A DNA stretch of 64,000 bases, from assembly GCA_963811105.1 (NCBI GenBank), contig CAWEPZ010000003.1, forward strand, positions 32,001 through 96,000, in the 5' to 3' direction. Numbering within the stretch: the first letter of the stretch is position 1; each line of letters starts with the position of its first letter. This document shows, piece by piece, positions 58,843 to 64,000 of this stretch. Origin of the DNA: Candidatus Bathyarchaeota archaeon. GTDB lineage: Archaea > Thermoproteota > Bathyarchaeia > Bathyarchaeales > Bathycorpusculaceae. The notes under the pieces are model-generated. The model searched no databases. It was given only the letters and a program-made list of their open reading frames with translations, and was not told where the DNA came from. The position numbers and the translations under genes are program-made.

Positions 58843-59273
58843 GTGCCCCTTTCATGTTTGATGACTTCAAAGACAAAATACGCCGACATAATAGTGAAGA
58901 AGAGGCGTCGTCTTGCAGGATCATCGCGCAGCTGCTTGCGAATTTTCTCCAAAATCCCCAGTTTTAATGGTCCGTTGGGTTCTTGGGCTCGCTCCCAGGT
59001 TAGGTGATGCCTGGCGAAATCATCAAAGTTCGCTTTGATGCAGATTCGCCAAAAGAGGCTGTCCGTGTTCCATGGTGTGCTTGTGCAGATGAATTTGCCG
59101 TTTGTCGTTCCTAGCGTGAAGAGAGCTGCGTCGTAGAGGTCTTCGGCGTTTGGTATGAAGTTGAATTCGTCGGCATAGACCACGTGCAAGGTGGGCCCTC
59201 GGATGGTATCCGGGTTGTTTGGGAAAGCCTCAATGACACTTCCATTAGAACAAGATATCTTCGTTTTCTGCAC
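58812..59273 (-). pseudogene. Terminase large subunit ATPase fragment
   Basis: IEAFP..PDTIRG...VVYADE (Walker B), STP coupling motif; Walker A and nuclease domain absent. Confidence 0.8.
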
Positions 59274-59303
59274 AGTAATTTTGGAACCAGACGGCAGCCG
59301 CAG

Positions 59304-59755
59304 TTATTTGGCCTGAGGGTTAGTGGATTTTTTTGTAAGCTCCGCATACTTCTCCCTCCATTCTAACATTTCAGTTCTAGCCCACGATAATCGACGTACT
59401 CTGCTATGAGCTCCTGGTACACTTTCACGCCCTGGATGATGCTGCGTAAACGCAAAACATCCGTCTTATCCAACTTTGGCGTCTCAAGACCTTTCAAGGC
59501 TCCAACTAAGGTCTTGAGTTTTTCCTCAATTGAAGGCAACTCATCTGGCAAAATTAACTTATCAAGGGTAGTTGTTGATGGCGTGTTTTTTTCACTCGCA
59601 TCAACAACTTCTAAGTCTAATCGAGATGTTTTCATTTGTACAGAGGTAAGGCTTTTGCCCAGAAACTTTGCAATTGAACGCATAGACTTTTTTTCTGTTA
59701 CGAGCTGTCGAAGTTGCCTTTCATCTTCAACACTCCAAGGTTTACCCTTCGCCAT
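59304..59755 (-). CDS. HTH/coiled-coil protein upstream of terminase (small terminase-like), frameshift near 59369
   Basis: MAKGKPWSVEDERQL...IAK.LGKS..SV..K..RL; C-terminus LEWREKYAEL is in a shifted frame. Confidence 0.55.
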
Positions 59756-59997
59756 TAGGATCTTCCTGTCCTGCTGCAGACTTCTCGGGCTATTGGTTTT
59801 CCGCTGATGATTCTGTTCCACATGTTCCAAGTGTTCCAGGCTTTCTGAGTTATTGTTTTAAGATTCAATGTTTTTTTCCTACAAATAACCCGATTATGAT
59901 TCCGGTTAGGCCTGTAATGGTTGCACCAATCAACTGAAATGAGGTTCCCTGGCTTAACATCCTCCAAAAGCTTAAAGTTTTGCTTACTCACAAGCAT
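59755..59997 (-). pseudogene. Fused fragments of small proviral genes
   Basis: MLVSKQNFKLLEDVKPGNLISVDWC joined abruptly to a TM fragment (ITGLTGIIIGLFVG, other frame). Confidence 0.35.
59814..59838 (+). repeat. Third TGTTCCA triplet, 9-bp period
   Basis: TGTTCCA at 59814, 59823, 59832. Confidence 0.75.
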
Positions 59998-60033
59998 TCA
60001 ACCTAGTACACCACTTCTGTAGTATGCTAACTG

Positions 60034-60081
60034 CTTTTATGTCTTAAGATTGCATTAACGATACTAGCACTAATACACCAA
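60034..60081 (-). promoter_or_regulatory. Second copy of the 30-bp upstream element (60052-60081) plus TATA-like ATAAAAG
   Basis: gcattaacgatactagcactaatacaccaa; precedes the terminase operon. Confidence 0.6.
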
Positions 60082-60411
60082 CAAAAAATTGGTCAAAAAA
60101 AGGCATGAACTACTGCAGCTGAAGGATTTATGCAAATAAATGTGCTGTAGTGAATCATATGAAAGCTGTTATCGCAAGTTTTAAGCCAAGTAACAAGATA
60201 TAAGACAAGTGAAGTGAGAGAAGCCGCTGGCACAGAACGTGCTGGGATAGGCTATCACACTGACGTGAATTACACGTAAACAATAACCTTTCAACACAGA
60301 GTGGTTGCGAGAAGCAAACTACGCTATTTCTCTCTCAAAAAAATGGACATCTTAATCGAGACATAGTCGCCAAAAGCGGCTCACCTTCACTTCCAAAACT
60401 AACAGTGAAGA

Positions 60412-61841
60412 ATGAAAGATGAGAAGGGAGGTGAAAAAATGAAAAGAAAAGTAATTCTTGGAGTCATTCTAACAGTCACATTATTATTCCTAACAATAGT
60501 CGCGGCAAACACTTCAATGTTCGCCCTTAGCCAAGACAATAACATTAGCGATAGCAATAACGTAACACTTACCGGCGCTGCTGGTGATGTGATATTCCAG
60601 TTGCCCTCAAACTCTTCGCCGCCAGCACCACCAGGAGGCACTCCAAACCACCCCACCATACTATGGATTATTGCTTTGCATTTTGACAAAGGATCTACTG
60701 AAGGCGCATTTGATGGATTATCGGTTCATATGTGGAGACCAGTAAAACATGAGTTCGATCCCGTTGCTTTGATCACGGATAGTGCAAATCATGCTGCGCT
60801 CTTAAAGACTGTGTATAACCAGACTTACGTTTGGTATCCCACTGGTCCACCAGTATTCCCTATATTCACTAATTTATTCCCAAACGTCATTCAAGTTGAA
60901 CCTCAAGACCTGCAGGTTTGGACAGAATCAAACGGACATAAAGGCGCAAGCTCTGCCATCGACACACTCAACGCTAACCTAACAAAGGCAGTAACAATTA
61001 CACTTCCATACTACAACGCAACTGGAGTAAACAGCAATCAGACCTTCACATTGCCGCCATTGAGTCTAATGTTCAAAGTAATCAGCAGCGAATTTAACGA
61101 TCCATTTACTGTTGAGTTCAAGGGCTATCCTGGCGCATCTAACTATACTTTTGTACGTTCAGGATCATCTCAGTTTGCAGCGGTTCGTATCAATATTCCC
61201 GACTGGTTAAGTGCAGACCCTCTATCGGCTATGTCGAAGCAACAGGGCATGTACACTTGCATTTTGTCGACACTTATACACCGCCAGCATCGGTTTCAAG
61301 CTGGTTCTCAGACCCATTTGGCCCAGTATGGGGCATTCATGATACAGGGGCAATGAGCATCTATGCAAGTGGGACTTCAAACACTTTTGGTAACACAAAC
61401 ATCGGAACTTATCAGGATGGGAATGACGCTAACGCTAAATCTGCCTCCTACTTCAAGTGCAGCTATACTGGAACGGTAACTGACATTTTCGCTTACGTTG
61501 CTCGGGTAGGTGCTGCAGGAGATGGTGCGGCTGCAATCTACGCTGATAACGCAGGTTCACCGGGAGCCTTAATTGCATCAACGAACAAGGCATCTATTGG
61601 CACGGCTTATTCTTGGGTTGACTTCCACTTGCCATCACCAGTCAGCGTAACTTCAGGAACAGTCTATTGGCTTGCAATCTCAAGCAACAACGCCTTAAAC
61701 CTAAACATAGTCGCTGGATCAGGTGTACGCGTTCATAACGGGATTTGAAGCTGGTTCTCAGACCCGTTCGGCCCAGTATGGGACATTCATGATGCAGGCG
61801 CAATGAGTATCTACGCAACAGGTTTGTACACTCGACAATAA
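60412..61841 (+). pseudogene. Secreted protein with C-terminal DUF4082-like beta-sandwich, interrupted by a frameshift (near 61220) and an in-frame TGA (61746)
   Basis: Signal peptide from ATG 60439; shifted frame reads GYVEATGHVHLHFVDTYTPP; after the TGA the frame continues SWFSDPFGPVWDIHDAGAMSIYATG to TAA 61841. Confidence 0.6.
61298..61822 (+). repeat. 75-bp direct repeat, 450 bp apart (61298-61372 and 61748-61822)
   Basis: 66/75 identical; both encode SWFSDPFGPVW.IHD.GAMSIYA. Confidence 0.9.
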
Positions 61842-62395
61842 ACACCTCTCAGAAACAGCAAACATTCATCATAGGACGAGGAAAACCTCACAAAAACCTC
61901 TTTTTCTTTGAAGAGAAAAAATCTTTGTTTACTCAAGCAATATTGCGAGTTAAGAAATTTTTGCTTTCAAGATAAATAACTTTCGTTAGGATTTACCACA
62001 AAAAATTCTAAAAAAAAACCATGTGTCCATAATTAACATACAAGATTGCGAAAAAAAAATTCTTCAAAATTTTTTATGTCCAACTATAGCGTCTGCACGA
62101 ACTCATCTTAGATATTCACAGCTTATCTGGGGAATTATTAACAGGTTAGAAGCCTTAAGCTCCAACAGTACCTGTTTTGACTTTTCCAGCTCGCTTGTAA
62201 TTGGCAATAATCACTCCACTTGGCGTAGTGACTTAACTATTGCACTGTTCTTTGGTGATGCATTGATTTATCCTTCACCATCGACGACTTTCACGAGTTT
62301 CACAACATAGTTTTATAACTAAAACCATGACATATGAGCCATTGTTGAGCGATAAGTTTTACACTTTAGTTCAAACAAAATTAGAGAGAAGAAAA

Positions 62396-64000
62396 ATGAA
62401 AAAAACAATAAAAACATCAGCGATTCTATTGCTTCTGATTCTAACTATTGGATTACCTTTCTTTCCTTTCATTAATACAACAAAAGCTGCTAATACATAT
62501 TATACCTATATCTACGTTGACCCAAACCCGATAGGCATCGGTCAGAGGGTGAACGTTGGATGGGGATTTACAATGCCTACGAGTGATCCAAATTACTATA
62601 TGGGCTGGATGTTGACAATCACAAGCCCCAGCGGTGTGAACAAAACCTTAGGACCGTTCTCGTCTGACTCAACTGGAGGTACAGGGATAAGCTTTACCCC
62701 TGACGCTGTAGGAACATGGCTTTTCCAGGTGTACTACCCTGGAGGGAACGTAACTTATCCTGCCAAGCCGCCTTATGGGGTGACGACTTACAATGTTCCG
62801 CCAGCCTACTCGACGTACGCTAACCTTACTGTTGACACAACAACATACTTATCTTTCCCTCCGACAAACGCGCTTCCAACCACGTACTGGCAGTATCCAG
62901 TATACGGTGATAATGCACAATGGTACAATATTTCAAGCAACTGGTTAATGGCCGGCTACGACACACAACGAAAGTACTCATCCGCAGTTAGCGGCGTTTT
63001 TGACCCATATACCACAGTTCCAACAAGTGCTCACATACTGTGGACAGAACCTTGGACGTTCGGTGGCGTCGCTTCATACAATACATTTACTGATACGGGA
63101 CTTACAAAATCCTCAAGCGGTATCGAAACCTACTACACAGGATCCAGTTACAGAGAAGAAGTAACCCCGCCTATAATCATTAACGGAAGACTCTACTACA
63201 ACCAAGTTGACCCGCCGGCATACGGCTTCTACTGCGTAGACTTATACAATGGGCAAGAAATATGGTTCCGGAATCAGACTTTCAATAGCGGAACCGGCAC
63301 CATCGTACAGGGCACCGCAGCACAGCTAACCTTAGGTCAAATACTCATACAAAACGACGAGAACCAAAACGGAGCCCAAGCCTACTTGTGGGCCGCCAGC
63401 GGTACTACTTGGGCAAGATTTGATGCATACTCAGGAAACCTGCTAAATACAATTGTAAACGCAACTGCCATCTCAACAGGCAATGCCAACAACGGAGTAA
63501 CTTATGGTCCATCAGGAGAAATTTTAGCCTACTACTTCACGGCGCGAAATGCCACTGCAGGGTATTTAGCCTTGTGGAACTCCACCAAGTGCGGCTTAAC
63601 CGCAACATACACTCAAACGCAACAGTTAAACATTCCTTGGAAAAACGGAATACAATGGAACGTGACAGTACTCGCATGCCCTAACGAGGGCAGCACTAAT
63701 GGGGATTGCACTTGGGATCCCAAAAGTCTAACGGCGATCATCATCAGCAACCAGACTAACGGAAATCCGCTTGTTTCTGGCACGTTCGAAGACATAGCCT
63801 ACAGCATGGTTGACGGACATGTACTATGGGACAAGGTTAGAAATACTGATGGAAGCACTTGGGAAGGTTTTCTTTACAACAGCAGGTCAGTGGGCAATAA
63901 CATCTACACGATTTACAGAAAAGAAACAAGGCAACTATACGCTTTTGACGTCACAACAGGGAACCAAATGTGGGTGAGTGAACCGCGACCGAATCCGTTG
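62396..64000 (+). CDS. Large secreted PQQ-like beta-propeller surface protein (paralog of 1345-4164), runs off the window
   Basis: MKKTIKTSAILLLL...PNPIGIGQ.V...ITSPSG..KTLGPFSSDSTGG..FTPDAVGTW...LPTTYWQYP...NWLM...SAHILW...PPIIINGRLYY...GFYCVDLYNG. Confidence 0.85.
   Translation, partial: MKKTIKTSAILLLLILTIGLPFFPFINTTKAANTYYTYIYVDPNPIGIGQRVNVGWGFTMPTSDPNYYMGWMLTITSPSGVNKTLGPFSSDSTGGTGISFTPDAVGTWLFQVYYPGGNVTYPAKPPYGVTTYNVPPAYSTYANLTVDTTTYLSFPPTNALPTTYWQYPVYGDNAQWYNISSNWLMAGYDTQRKYSSAVSGVFDPYTTVPTSAHILWTEPWTFGGVASYNTFTDTGLTKSSSGIETYYTGSSYREEVTPPIIINGRLYYNQVDPPAYGFYCVDLYNGQEIWFRNQTFNSGTGTIVQGTAAQLTLGQILIQNDENQNGAQAYLWAASGTTWARFDAYSGNLLNTIVNATAISTGNANNGVTYGPSGEILAYYFTARNATAGYLALWNSTKCGLTATYTQTQQLNIPWKNGIQWNVTVLACPNEGSTNGDCTWDPKSLTAIIISNQTNGNPLVSGTFEDIAYSMVDGHVLWDKVRNTDGSTWEGFLYNSRSVGNNIYTIYRKETRQLYAFDVTTGNQMWVSEPRPNPL

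Larger units (their letters stand above)
57946..60081. mobile_element. Collapsed provirus remnant (right island)
   Basis: Fused fragments of integrase-like, primase-helicase C-terminus, terminase large subunit and HTH genes directly after tgtA. Confidence 0.7.

Noticed and set aside
251-60081. The two 30-bp copies as attL/attR of one 60-kb element
   Set aside because: The enclosed DNA is mostly housekeeping genes, viral genes lie on both sides of the left copy, and both copies occupy promoter positions
61746-61748. Selenocysteine recoding of the in-frame TGA
   Set aside because: The paralogous position is Ser (TCA), not Cys, and I recognised no SECIS-like element
61298-61822. Possible DGR template/variable repeat pair
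   Set aside because: The nine mismatches are not adenine-specific in either copy, many are at third codon positions, and no reverse transcriptase is in the window
62023-62335. 95-aa plus-strand ORF or a minus-strand gene relic
   Set aside because: No recognisable motif; the minus frames contain several stops, so no product can be supported
1-64000. CRISPR array, cas genes, rRNA, complete tRNA or IS transposase
   Set aside because: None recognised by eye: no regularly spaced repeats with unique spacers, and no T-arm consensus in a cloverleaf context

Overview
Archaeal chromosome segment, most consistent with Bathyarchaeia. This is an inference from archaeal EF-2, AfpA, arcTGT, SmAP3, PAC2, class I CCA-adding enzyme and two large PQQ-like beta-propeller surface proteins. 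The core (about 10.6-57.9 kb) is housekeeping. It carries a divergent stand-alone EF-2, a P-type ATPase, two tandem glutamine synthetases, hisS, a His-less EndA subunit, mtnA, cca, thpR, class II HMG-CoA reductase, an 8-gene type IV pilus-like operon with a 1093-aa pilin-like protein, glmM/glmU and tgtA. Both ends carry decayed head-tail provirus-like islands. The left island (1-10.5 kb) has a portal-like gene start, an ABC-ATPase/GNAT remnant with a -1 slippery junction, a regulator-dense operon with a Rep_trans-like protein and a minimal PolX, and an orphan tRNA 5' fragment at its boundary. The right island (57.9-60.1 kb) has integrase, primase-helicase and terminase fragments plus 9-bp-phased TGTTCCA iterons. 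The most striking unexplained signal is a 30-bp element (27/30 identical) at 251-280 and 60052-60081. It sits at the same offset upstream of the TATA-like boxes of the portal gene and the terminase operon, 60 kb apart. Several single-base frameshifts in conserved genes suggest sequencing or assembly error. All calls were made by eye from motifs; no database searches were run.
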